DNA of 64,000 nt, taken from contig JANLSU010000039.1 of NCBI GenBank assembly GCA_031362565.1, positions 96,001 to 160,000 on the forward strand, given 5' to 3'. The notes under the pieces were generated by a model. That model saw only the letters and a list, made by a program, of their open reading frames with translations, did not search any database and had not been told where the DNA came from. Position 1 is the stretch's first letter. The number at the start of each line of letters is the position of its first letter. Below, piece by piece: positions 17,805 through 28,847 of the stretch. A program made the position numbers and the translations under genes. Origin of the DNA: a bacterium. Its GTDB lineage: Bacteria; Krumholzibacteriota; Krumholzibacteriia; G020349025.

Positions 17805-19370
17805 TCAGTTTTCGAGCTTGATCACCCAAGGCGACGGATAGCGGGTGCGTTTCATTCCGTCCAGCTCCTCGATGATCGCGGGGATATCGGGCACGCTCGC
17901 CGCGCCGGTCGACCGTCCCCATGGCGCCACCGTGTAGTCCGAAATGTAGACCAGCCATTTCTTGTCGCGCTTGAAGCGTGGGAAGAGGTTGTGCGTCACC
18001 GGCGCCGCGTATGGCAACAGGCGCGTCAACGTGTTGTCGTCGATGTCGAGGAGGTACAGATTGACGCGGTTTTCGATCTGGGCTTGGAACGCCACCAGGG
18101 TATGCTCGCCCGTTTGCCAATAGACGGTCGGGCTCAGGATTCGCGCCAGGTCGCTGTCGGGCAGTGCGATGGCGCTGACCGCACCGGTCGCCGCGTCGAC
18201 CCAGGACAAACCGCCGCCGACCGCAACCACGATCCGAGTCCCGTCCGGATGCCAGTCGAATCCCGCCACGCCACCGGTGGTCGTGAGACGGTGGTAGTTC
18301 ACGAGCGTGTCCGAGCGCGCTTCGGGGTGGGTGTGGCGGTCGCGCAGGCTGCCGGTCCACAAATCGTTGCCGCCGACGTCGTGCGACACGTTGCTCAGGA
18401 AGCCGATGCGCGCGTCGCTGCCCGATGCAGTCGGATCCCAGCGCGGCTGGGAGAAGTTGAACGCATACCAAAGCGTGCTTCCAAACCGCGTAAACGTCGA
18501 ATCGAACGTCATCTGCCGCGGCTTGAACGTCGTGCCATCGAGCTGCGGACTGTGCACAACCCAAAGATTGAGCGGCGCGCCGCACGACCCGCCGTTCGGG
18601 CAACGCTCCGGGTACTGGTTGTCCATCCGTGACGCAAAGACGATTTCGGCGCGCTGGGTACTGGCGGGAGCGACATCCGGGAAAAGTTTTGGTGCCGTCG
18701 GGAAGTTGTTCCCGGGCGGGTCTTCGGACACCTGCAGGACTTGCTGCAGCGGGCTGTCCAACGCTCCGTCGAGCGGTGCGAAGGCGTGCAGATACAGAAG
18801 GTTCGTGTTGTTGGCGCTCGGGGCCTCCACGAAGAGGATCTCGTTGCCGAAGAAAGTCGGCGACTGTGTCGGATCGTCGGGCTCCGGGTCGGCCCATGGA
18901 ATGCGCGCGCTCTTCATCCAACGATTCTCGATGACCGCGAACCGCCGGGTGAAACTGCCGGTCTCCGCCCCATTGGTGCCGTCGGCCTTGATGTCGTAGA
19001 AACCAAGCGCCAGAGTCGAGGGCGCGGGAAGCTGCAATGCCACCGACGCGTCATGGATCGTCAAGGCCGCCGTCTTGGGAACGAGCGTACCCAAAGCGGC
19101 CGGGACCGTCCAATTGTAGACGGCACGCGTCGTACCGCCGGTGGCAAACGCGGTCAGGTAGTGCTGCGCGACCTGAGCCGAAGGCAAGCTGCCGGAAGGT
19201 GCCGGCCGCTCGATGGAAATCGGCCGCAGAAAAACGTCGAACACTTTGAACGGACCGCCGTTGGTGCCGCCGCCCCCTGGTGGCGGCGGTGTGATCGAGT
19301 CTTTGTTGCAACTCGACGCGCCCACAACCCCACAGAGCAGGAGCGCCGCAACGATGCGTCGAAGGTGCAT
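17805..19370 (-). CDS. Lipoprotein with TolB/PD40-like beta-propeller repeats
   Basis: Lipobox GASSC; repeats QSPTFFG, SQPRWDP, FDWHPDG and LFPRFKRDKKWLVYISD. Confidence 0.7.
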   Translation of the reverse strand: MHLRRIVAALLLCGVVGASSCNKDSITPPPPGGGGTNGGPFKVFDVFLRPISIERPAPSGSLPSAQVAQHYLTAFATGGTTRAVYNWTVPAALGTLVPKTAALTIHDASVALQLPAPSTLALGFYDIKADGTNGAETGSFTRRFAVIENRWMKSARIPWADPEPDDPTQSPTFFGNEILFVEAPSANNTNLLYLHAFAPLDGALDSPLQQVLQVSEDPPGNNFPTAPKLFPDVAPASTQRAEIVFASRMDNQYPERCPNGGSCGAPLNLWVVHSPQLDGTTFKPRQMTFDSTFTRFGSTLWYAFNFSQPRWDPTASGSDARIGFLSNVSHDVGGNDLWTGSLRDRHTHPEARSDTLVNYHRLTTTGGVAGFDWHPDGTRIVVAVGGGLSWVDAATGAVSAIALPDSDLARILSPTVYWQTGEHTLVAFQAQIENRVNLYLLDIDDNTLTRLLPYAAPVTHNLFPRFKRDKKWLVYISDYTVAPWGRSTGAASVPDIPAIIEELDGMKRTRYPSPWVIKLEN

Positions 19371-19420
19371 CACGATCGTCGGGCCTCCAAGGGCCAACCG
19401 CCGGCGGCACGCGCCGCGGG

Positions 19421-20200
19421 TCAGCGATACAGGGTCTTGATCTGCGACCATCGCATTTGCTGTTTCGAGGGCAGCACGCTCGAGAACGGCGTGAACTCCC
19501 AATCCAGTTTGGTCTGGCTCGGATCGGGCCGGTACCACAGCTCGCCGGCGTCGCGCGTCATGTAATCGCAGAACGGATGATCGTTCGCATCCGAATCGGC
19601 CTTGACGCCGGTAAAGTCAGTGTCGAGCGGATCGGAGAACTGCAGGATGAGCCAGGCCGCCTGGTCGCTTTCCAACACCAGGTTGTCGCCGGCGAGGTCG
19701 ACACAGGTCGGCTCACCGGCCGCGGCCGGGATCAAGAGGTGGCGCAGCGCCCGGAGATCCGAAGTGGCGGGCAATACCGGCGCGTCACGCCTCGTCACAA
19801 CAGCGCCGGCGGCGGCGTACGTGACCGCACGGTTGCTGATGAACGAGAAACTCACGAGTCGCGTCCGCACCGCGCCCGGCTCGAAATACTTCACGATGTA
19901 GTGGGTGAGCCTCGGAGTCTGCAGGCGGTCGAAAAACGACCCGACATTGATATAGCGCGAGGCGCCTGCCTCATAGCAACTGTCGGCGACCCCGACAGCG
20001 CATTCGGCGCGCCGGGCGGACGGCGTGGCAGCAGGAGCCGGGATACCGCTGCCGCCGACCATCGGCGTCGCGGCCGCGAGCGCCGCAATGCCACTCTGGC
20101 CGCTACGGCTCGATGCGGCACGCGCCAGCCCCGGGACGAGGAGCGCGGCTGCGATCAGACATCGAAAGGAGGCACGAAAGCCCGTGGAAGTCGAAATCAT
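19421..20200 (-). CDS. Secreted hypothetical protein ending in WSQIKTLYR
   Basis: Signal peptide (LIAAALLVPGLARA); C-terminal motif shared with the 48073-48744 protein. Confidence 0.75.
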   Translation of the reverse strand: MISTSTGFRASFRCLIAAALLVPGLARAASSRSGQSGIAALAAATPMVGGSGIPAPAATPSARRAECAVGVADSCYEAGASRYINVGSFFDRLQTPRLTHYIVKYFEPGAVRTRLVSFSFISNRAVTYAAAGAVVTRRDAPVLPATSDLRALRHLLIPAAAGEPTCVDLAGDNLVLESDQAAWLILQFSDPLDTDFTGVKADSDANDHPFCDYMTRDAGELWYRPDPSQTKLDWEFTPFSSVLPSKQQMRWSQIKTLYR

Positions 20201-20262
20201 GCCGTAACATAACGGCTGACCTTGGGCCCGTCAACCCCGCCGGGGCGCAAGGGTTGCGCGCG

Positions 20263-20303
20263 AAAGCAAACGGGGAGCGGTGGCCCGAGCCGCCGCTCCC
20301 CGT
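20263..20303 (-). terminator. Intrinsic terminator of groESL
   Basis: Stem ACGGGGAGCGG/CCGCTCCCCGT followed on the minus strand by TTGCTTT, just after the groEL stop. Confidence 0.75.
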
Positions 20304-20326
20304 CGTCCGATTCGGCCGCCGCCGGC

Positions 20327-22495
<2,169 letters not shown>

Positions 22496-23275
22496 TTACT
22501 TGAATCGAAGCTGCGCCGCGACCGCCTGGAGGCCCAGGGTCATGAGACCGGGCTCCTGGCGGACCGTGCCGGCGAACCAGGGGGCGACGGCAAACGCCGC
22601 GCCGCCGGTCAGAATCAACGCCGCCGTCGCCGGCAGGTCCGCACCCAGGCGAGCGGCGACCGCGGCCACCCCGGCCGCCGTCGGATGCAGCACGCCCGCT
22701 TGCAGCGCCGCCACGGTGTCGCGGCCGATGCGCGGCGCCGCGGCATTCCATTCGAGGCACGGCAACTGCGCGGTTCGCGATCGCAGGGCGCCGAGCTGCA
22801 AATCGAATCCCGGCAGAATCAGACCGCCCTCGAAGCGTCCGTGGCGCAGCACGTCGATGGTGATCGCGGTGCCCACATCGATCGCGATGCCGTCTCGAGA
22901 GCCGAGGGCGCACAGTCCGGCAATGTTCGCAAGGCGATCGACGCCGAGCGTCGACGGGTTGCGCACTGCGATCACGAACGGCCATGGGTCGTCCCACCGC
23001 ACGCGATGCACGTGCCGCACGCCGCAGGCACGCACGATCCGAGTCAGTGACTCGACCGCACCCGGAACGACACTCGCGATGAGCACCGGCAGCGCGCCGT
23101 GCCGCGCCGTCACGGTGAGCGCGGCGCGGAACGCCGCGGCGAGTTGCACGGGCCGGCTCCGCGTCGGCAGTCGGATGCGGCCTGCGACCCGCCCGGCCGC
23201 TACGACACTGATCTCGATCTTGCTGTTGCCGATGTCGATGACCACGACATCGCGCGCCAACCGGCGGCGGTTCAT
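22496..23275 (-). CDS. coaX: Type III pantothenate kinase
   Basis: VIDIGNS, ASVVP, LGVDR, IDVGTAITID, GGLILPG and ILTGG. Confidence 0.93.
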   Translation of the reverse strand: MNRRRLARDVVVIDIGNSKIEISVVAAGRVAGRIRLPTRSRPVQLAAAFRAALTVTARHGALPVLIASVVPGAVESLTRIVRACGVRHVHRVRWDDPWPFVIAVRNPSTLGVDRLANIAGLCALGSRDGIAIDVGTAITIDVLRHGRFEGGLILPGFDLQLGALRSRTAQLPCLEWNAAAPRIGRDTVAALQAGVLHPTAAGVAAVAARLGADLPATAALILTGGAAFAVAPWFAGTVRQEPGLMTLGLQAVAAQLRFK

Positions 23276-24195
23276 TGCAGGTGGACCTCGCCGGCGGACA
23301 GTTCGCGCAGCGCGCCGTCCGGTAAGCGCAACCGTAACAATCCCGCCGAGGTGATGCCGGCGGCACGTCCCGCGAGCCGGCCGGCGCCGGTTTCGACGCT
23401 CACGTCGCGGCCCAGGCTGCCGTCGACCGCCGTCCATGCGTCGACGAGCGTCGTGAATCGCGCCGCGCGCCAGTCCTCGACGCGGCGTTCGATGCCCTGC
23501 AGCACGGTGGCGAGCAACGCTTCACGCCGCCACCGCGCCCCGTGCGCCTCGAGCGTCGTCGCGAGCGGCAAGACGGCGCCGGCGATGGCTGCATCCATGA
23601 CGTTGATGCCGAGCCCGATGACGGCGTGCGGCGGCGCGCCGTGCCGCGCTTCGACCAAGATGCCGGCCAACTTGCGGCCGTCGAGCAGCACGTCGTTCGG
23701 CCATTTCGTGCAGAGCGGCAGGCCAGTCACTTCTCCGAGCGCTTCGCACACTCCCAATCCCACCGCCAGCGGCAGCAGCGTCGGGTGCGCGGCCGCGTCG
23801 AGCGGCGTATACAGCAAGAACGACGCGAGCAGGCCGGCGTGCGAGCTGCAGAACCAACTGCGTCCTTGGCGCCCGCGGCCATCGGTCTGCATTTCGGCGC
23901 ACCACAGAGCCCCATCCGGCGCACCGGTTGCCGCACCAGCGCGGGCCAAGTCGTTCGTCGACGCGGTCTCTTCCCACACTTCGAAGCAGCGGCCGATCTG
24001 CCCCTGGCATGCAGCACTGAACGCCTGCGGATCGAAATGCTGCGCGGCGCAGCGCAGGACCAAAGCCGCGCCGTCACGGACGATTTCGTGGCCGCGCCGC
24101 CGGAGTTCGTGCAACGCCGGCTCTGGAACCATGGCGGCGTTCAACCCGCCGGGCGACCCGATCAGATCGGCAAGCAGTCGCTCGGCGGCTTGCAT
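23272..24195 (-). CDS. birA: Biotin-[acetyl-CoA carboxylase] ligase
   Basis: STND, AEMQTDGRGRQGRSW, KWPNDV, KLAGILVE and IGLGIN. Confidence 0.93.
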   Translation of the reverse strand: MQAAERLLADLIGSPGGLNAAMVPEPALHELRRRGHEIVRDGAALVLRCAAQHFDPQAFSAACQGQIGRCFEVWEETASTNDLARAGAATGAPDGALWCAEMQTDGRGRQGRSWFCSSHAGLLASFLLYTPLDAAAHPTLLPLAVGLGVCEALGEVTGLPLCTKWPNDVLLDGRKLAGILVEARHGAPPHAVIGLGINVMDAAIAGAVLPLATTLEAHGARWRREALLATVLQGIERRVEDWRAARFTTLVDAWTAVDGSLGRDVSVETGAGRLAGRAAGITSAGLLRLRLPDGALRELSAGEVHLQ

Positions 24196-25046
24196 CACAG
24201 TCGAAGTCCTTGCACGAGAAGCGAAAGATCCAGCGCCCGCGCACTGTGCGTCAGCGCCCCGACCGACAGGATGTCGGCGCCGGCGCGCGCGTAGGCCGCC
24301 ACCGTTGCGAGTTCGAGATTGCCCGACACCTCGAGGAGCGGCGCCCGGCGCGGGCCGCGCGCCTGCACGGCTGCGGCTACGGCTTCGGGCGACCAATGAT
24401 CGAGAAGAATGCGGTCGGGCCCAAGACGCAACGCGATATCGAATTCGTCCCGGGTTCGCACCTCGACTTCGACCGGAACTCCCCGCTCTCGCCCCGCCGC
24501 GAGCGCGGCGCCGAGAGCGCGTTCGAGCGAACCTGCGGCCGCGATATGGTTTTCCTTCACCAGGAGCATGGCATCGAGACTGGCGCGATGATTCGTACCA
24601 CCGCCGCAAACCACAGCGTATTTTTCCACCGCCCGCAAGAGCGGTGTGGTCTTGCGCGTATCCGAAATCACAGCGCTCGTCCCCCGCACCGCGGCGACGA
24701 ACTCCGCCGTCAATGTCGCGATGCCGGACAAGCGCTGTAAGAAATTGAGCGCCACCCGTTCGCCGGAAAGCAGCGCCCGCGCCGGGCCGTGCACCCGCAA
24801 GACCACGTCACCGCGCCCGACGCGCGCCCCATCTTCGACCCCGGCGACGCGGCACCCGGCCGCGAGGCGCGTGAAGACACATTCGGCGAGGGCCCGCCCG
24901 CCGATGACTCCGGGCGCCTTGGCGATGATGTGCGCTTCGACCTCGAGGCCGGCCGGCACGGTGCATTCCGTCGTCCAATCCCCGGCTCCGAGGTCCTCGG
25001 CAAGCGCCGCATCGACGAGTGCCGTGATCACTTCGTTGCGCAGCAT
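24195..25046 (-). CDS. nadC: Nicotinate-nucleotide diphosphorylase (carboxylating)
   Basis: ALAEDLG, ERVALNFLQRLSGIAT, DTRKTTP, NHR, KENH and SVGALTH. Confidence 0.96.
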   Translation of the reverse strand: MLRNEVITALVDAALAEDLGAGDWTTECTVPAGLEVEAHIIAKAPGVIGGRALAECVFTRLAAGCRVAGVEDGARVGRGDVVLRVHGPARALLSGERVALNFLQRLSGIATLTAEFVAAVRGTSAVISDTRKTTPLLRAVEKYAVVCGGGTNHRASLDAMLLVKENHIAAAGSLERALGAALAAGRERGVPVEVEVRTRDEFDIALRLGPDRILLDHWSPEAVAAAVQARGPRRAPLLEVSGNLELATVAAYARAGADILSVGALTHSARALDLSLLVQGLRL

Positions 25047-25053
25047 CGCCGCG

Positions 25054-27057
25054 TCACGCTCCTTGCGCGGCAAGCCGCGCCCGTAGTTCCTCGACCCGAT
25101 CGCGCAAACTGGCTGCCGTCTCGAAGCGCAGCGCACGCGCTTCGCGCAACATCTCCGACTCGAGCCGCGCAATGACGCGTTCGAGCGGCTGATCGCCGAG
25201 CGCGAAGTCGGCGACGGGATCGGGCCGCGCCTCCGGCTGCTCGCCACGCTGGTCGGCGGCAGCCGTCTGCTGCATGATGTCGTCCACCGACTTGATGATC
25301 GAACGCGGCACGATGCCGTGCTCGACGTTGTAGGCCGCCTGAATCTCGCGCCGGCGGTTCGTTTCATCGATGGCGCGCCGCATCGAGCCGGTGATCTTTT
25401 CGGCGTACATGACGACCCGGCCCTCGACATTGCGCGCCGCCCGCCCGACGGTTTGGATGAGCGTCGTCTCGGACCGCAGGAAGCCCTCCTTGTCCGCATC
25501 CAGAATCGCCACCAGCGCCACCTCGGGCAAGTCGAGCCCTTCGCGCAGCAAGTTGATCCCGACGAGGACGTCGAACTTGCCGAGCCGCAGGTCACGCAGA
25601 ATCTCCACCCGCTCGAGCGCTTCGATGTCGGAGTGCAGGTAGCGCACCCGGATCCCGAGATCCAGCATGTAGTCGGTCAAGTCTTCGGACATGCGCTTGG
25701 TGAGCGTCGTGACCAGCACCCGATGCTTCGCCGCCACGGTGCGTTTGATCTCTTCCAGCAGGTCGTCCACCTGGCCCTTGGCGGGCCGGATCGTGATCTC
25801 GGGATCCATGAGACCGGTCGGACGGATGATCTGTTCGACGATGACGCCGCCGCTCTTCCGCAGCTCGTATTCACCCGGCGTCGCCGAAACGTACACGGTC
25901 CGCGGCGCCACCCGCTCGAACTCGTCGAAACGCAGCGGCCGGTTGTCGAGCGAACTCGGCAGCCGGAAGCCGTGTTCCACGAGCGTCAGTTTGCGGGACC
26001 GGTCAGCGTTGTACATGCCGTCGATCTGCGGCAGCGTCACGTGCGACTCGTCGATGATCACCAGGAAGTCTTCCGGGAAATAGTCGAGCAGGCACGAAGG
26101 CCGCTCGCCCGGCCGGCGCCCGCCGAGATAGCGCGAGTAGTTCTCGATGCCCGAGCAATAGCCCATCTCGTGCATCATCTCGAGATCGAAGCGGGTGCGC
26201 GATTCGAGCCGCTGGGCTTCGAGGCGCTTGCCGGCCCGCTCGAATTCGACGAGACGCGTTTCGAGATCCTGCTCGACGGCGACCATGGCCTCGCGCAACT
26301 GCGCTTCGGGTGCCACGTAATGACGCGCCGGATAGATGATCGTGCTCTGCAACGACTCGGCCGGCCGGCCGGTCACCGGGTCGATCATGCGGATGGCTTC
26401 GACCTCGTCGCCGAAGAGTTCGATCCGCAAGGCGCGTTCCTCGTACGCCGGCACGACCTCGATCACATCACCGCGAACGCGAAACGTGCCGCGGCCGAGT
26501 TCGTAGTCGTTGCGGGAATACTGGATCCGGACCAACTTGCGCAGCAATTCGTCGCGCGGGATGCTGCCGCCGACCCGCAGCTCGACGGACAGTTCCCGAA
26601 AATCGGTCGGCGATCCAAGGCCATAGATGCACGAGACACTCGCCACCACGATGACGTCGGGGCGCGACAAGAGCGAGCCCGTGGCCCGCAACCGCAGCCG
26701 CTCGATGTCTTCATTGATGGAGGCGTCCTTCTCGATGTAGGTGTTGGTCGCCGGCACGAACGCCTCGGGCTGATAGTAGTCGTAGTAGCTGATGAAGTAC
26801 TCGACGGCGTTGCGCGGGAAATAGCCCTTGAACTCGCCGTAGAGTTGCGCCGCCAGCGTCTTGTTGTGCGACACGACGAGCGTCGGCAGGCCGAGCCGGG
26901 CGATGACGTTGGCCATGGTGAAAGTCTTGCCGGAACCGGTGACGCCGAGCAACGTCTGATAGCGCTCGCCGGCACCAACGCGCTCGATGAGCGCCTCGAT
27001 GGCGGCGGGCTGGTCTCCGGTGGGTCCATAGGGCGCGACGAGCTGGAACTCCGACAT
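25054..27057 (-). CDS. uvrB: Excinuclease ABC subunit B
   Basis: [30 protein letters not shown] and [11 protein letters not shown]-terminal UVR domain. Confidence 0.99.
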   Translation of the reverse strand: MSEFQLVAPYGPTGDQPAAIEALIERVGAGERYQTLLGVTGSGKTFTMANVIARLGLPTLVVSHNKTLAAQLYGEFKGYFPRNAVEYFISYYDYYQPEAFVPATNTYIEKDASINEDIERLRLRATGSLLSRPDVIVVASVSCIYGLGSPTDFRELSVELRVGGSIPRDELLRKLVRIQYSRNDYELGRGTFRVRGDVIEVVPAYEERALRIELFGDEVEAIRMIDPVTGRPAESLQSTIIYPARHYVAPEAQLREAMVAVEQDLETRLVEFERAGKRLEAQRLESRTRFDLEMMHEMGYCSGIENYSRYLGGRRPGERPSCLLDYFPEDFLVIIDESHVTLPQIDGMYNADRSRKLTLVEHGFRLPSSLDNRPLRFDEFERVAPRTVYVSATPGEYELRKSGGVIVEQIIRPTGLMDPEITIRPAKGQVDDLLEEIKRTVAAKHRVLVTTLTKRMSEDLTDYMLDLGIRVRYLHSDIEALERVEILRDLRLGKFDVLVGINLLREGLDLPEVALVAILDADKEGFLRSETTLIQTVGRAARNVEGRVVMYAEKITGSMRRAIDETNRRREIQAAYNVEHGIVPRSIIKSVDDIMQQTAAADQRGEQPEARPDPVADFALGDQPLERVIARLESEMLREARALRFETAASLRDRVEELRARLAAQGA

Positions 27058-27116
27058 GCCGCCATTCTACGGCACGCGGTGCGACCGGGACGAGCCGCCA
27101 GTGCGGCGCGCTGGAT

Positions 27117-28847
27117 TCAACGAGGTGGAATCACGCCGCCGTGTGACTCGATCGCGGGTGCGGCGTTGGCAGCGGGTGCCGCGCCGGCCGGCCGCGGCCG
27201 CGGGCGTGGACGGCGGCGATGCGCCGCCGGTTGCGCGCCGGCGGGCTCCAGCGTGCTGCGATCGAGGCTGACGGCGCGCCCATCCGGCGGCGTCGCGATG
27301 GCGCGGCCGTTCAGCGTCAATTGCAAATTTTGACCGTTGCGGGCCACCATGCGGAAGCCGCGCCGCGCCGTCCAACTGCGGCTCTCGCCGGCGCGTGAAA
27401 AGGTGTAGGGAATGCCGCGCCGCGTTTCGCCGTCGGTCACGAGGCGCAGGACACAAGGCCCGGTTGCGGTTGCGGTGAGAACTACGGCGTCGACCACACC
27501 GGCGGCATTGTCACCGGTGCGCACCGCGCCCCGTAGGGGCTCCGCCGGCTTGGCGGTCAACGGCGCGGCGCTGCCCACGGCGGCCGGCAGCGAACTCCCA
27601 ACGACCACCGGCGACATTTCCGCGCGCCCTCGCGGCATCGACGCGGCCGGAATCTCCACGAGATCGGTCATGAGGCTGCCGTCGTGCGGCGACGGCGCGG
27701 AGGCGGTGAACGGCACGGCCGAGGCGACGCTCGCGGGGGCCGGCGCCGCCGTGTCCTCGCTGCTGATGACGCCGGGCGCCGTTGCGGGCGCCGTCTCCAG
27801 TCGCGCCGCCGGAGCGGTCGCCGGATGGACCGGGTTCGAAGCCCGCAGTTCGGTCTCGATCTGCTCGAGCCCCGCCGGGGCCCGCAGTTCGATGGACGAA
27901 CGTTGCAGCATCCAGGTCGCCGCCCCACCGATCGCCACGACAACAGCTGCGGCGGTGGCAATCCACCCGCGGTAGCCACGGCGAATCGTGCGCGCTGCGA
28001 AGAGGTCCACGACGCTCGCCGTTTCAACGACCGGCGCCTGACGCGCCGGTGCGGCCACAGCGACCGTTTCGTCATAGCGTTGCAACAATGTGGTCAGATC
28101 GAGTCCGAGGAATGACCCGTAACTCCTTAGAAATCCGCGCACATAGGCATCGGCCGCGAACTCGTCGAACCGGTCGTTCTCGAGGTGTCCCAGCATCTTG
28201 CTCGACATGCGGGTGCGGGTGCTCGCGGCTTCGAGCGACAATCCGCGGCCTTCGCGGGCGGCGATCAAGAGTTCGCCGACCGTCGGGCCGGCAGGAAGGC
28301 TGGTGGTCTCCTGCGCTGCGACGTCAACCGCGGGGCCAGCGGCGGCCGCTTCACCCTCTGCCACCGGCGCGGGTGACGCGGTGGCGGCCAGCGACTCTGC
28401 AACGGTGGGCGACGACGGGCCGGACGCATCTGGGCCCACGGCCGGCACCACATCGTGTTGCACGACGGCCGGCGGTGCCGCGACGACGGCGATCACATCG
28501 CGAACGGCGACCAACGGCGCGGTCACATCGCCGGCGGCGGCAACCGGCCCGTTGGTGGACTCGCGCGCCGGTTCGTGGCGCCCGCGCGGCACATCGCGGA
28601 TCGAACGCAGACTCGGGCTCGTATTCGGCTTGATGCGCGATGGAATCACCGGGCGGGCGGTAAGGGGCGCCGGTGCCGCGGGCACCGGAGCGGCTGGCTG
28701 AGCCGGAACCGAGGGCGGCAGCGCCGTGACCGGCGCCACCAGCACCCGGGCGGTGCGCGGGTCCCGGTCGTCGAGGAAATCGAATCCGTCGTGGCCCGCA
28801 CCGGGCTGCGAGTGATTCATTCGCCGGCGCTTCGACTTACGGCTCAT
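27117..28847 (-). CDS. RodZ-like protein (HTH, TM, Pro/Ala linker, C-terminal periplasmic domain)
   Basis: VGELLIAAREGRGLSLE...LENDRFD...YVRGFLRSYGSFLGLD, one TM segment, and C-terminal NGQNLQLTLNG. Confidence 0.82.
   Translation of the reverse strand: MSRKSKRRRMNHSQPGAGHDGFDFLDDRDPRTARVLVAPVTALPPSVPAQPAAPVPAAPAPLTARPVIPSRIKPNTSPSLRSIRDVPRGRHEPARESTNGPVAAAGDVTAPLVAVRDVIAVVAAPPAVVQHDVVPAVGPDASGPSSPTVAESLAATASPAPVAEGEAAAAGPAVDVAAQETTSLPAGPTVGELLIAAREGRGLSLEAASTRTRMSSKMLGHLENDRFDEFAADAYVRGFLRSYGSFLGLDLTTLLQRYDETVAVAAPARQAPVVETASVVDLFAARTIRRGYRGWIATAAAVVVAIGGAATWMLQRSSIELRAPAGLEQIETELRASNPVHPATAPAARLETAPATAPGVISSEDTAAPAPASVASAVPFTASAPSPHDGSLMTDLVEIPAASMPRGRAEMSPVVVGSSLPAAVGSAAPLTAKPAEPLRGAVRTGDNAAGVVDAVVLTATATGPCVLRLVTDGETRRGIPYTFSRAGESRSWTARRGFRMVARNGQNLQLTLNGRAIATPPDGRAVSLDRSTLEPAGAQPAAHRRRPRPRPRPAGAAPAANAAPAIESHGGVIPPR

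Noticed and set aside
25318..27333. Long antisense ORFs (25318-27333, 20222-22312, 2795-5278, 51742-53220 and similar)
   Set aside because: Typical high-GC antisense or alternate-frame shadows of well-supported genes.
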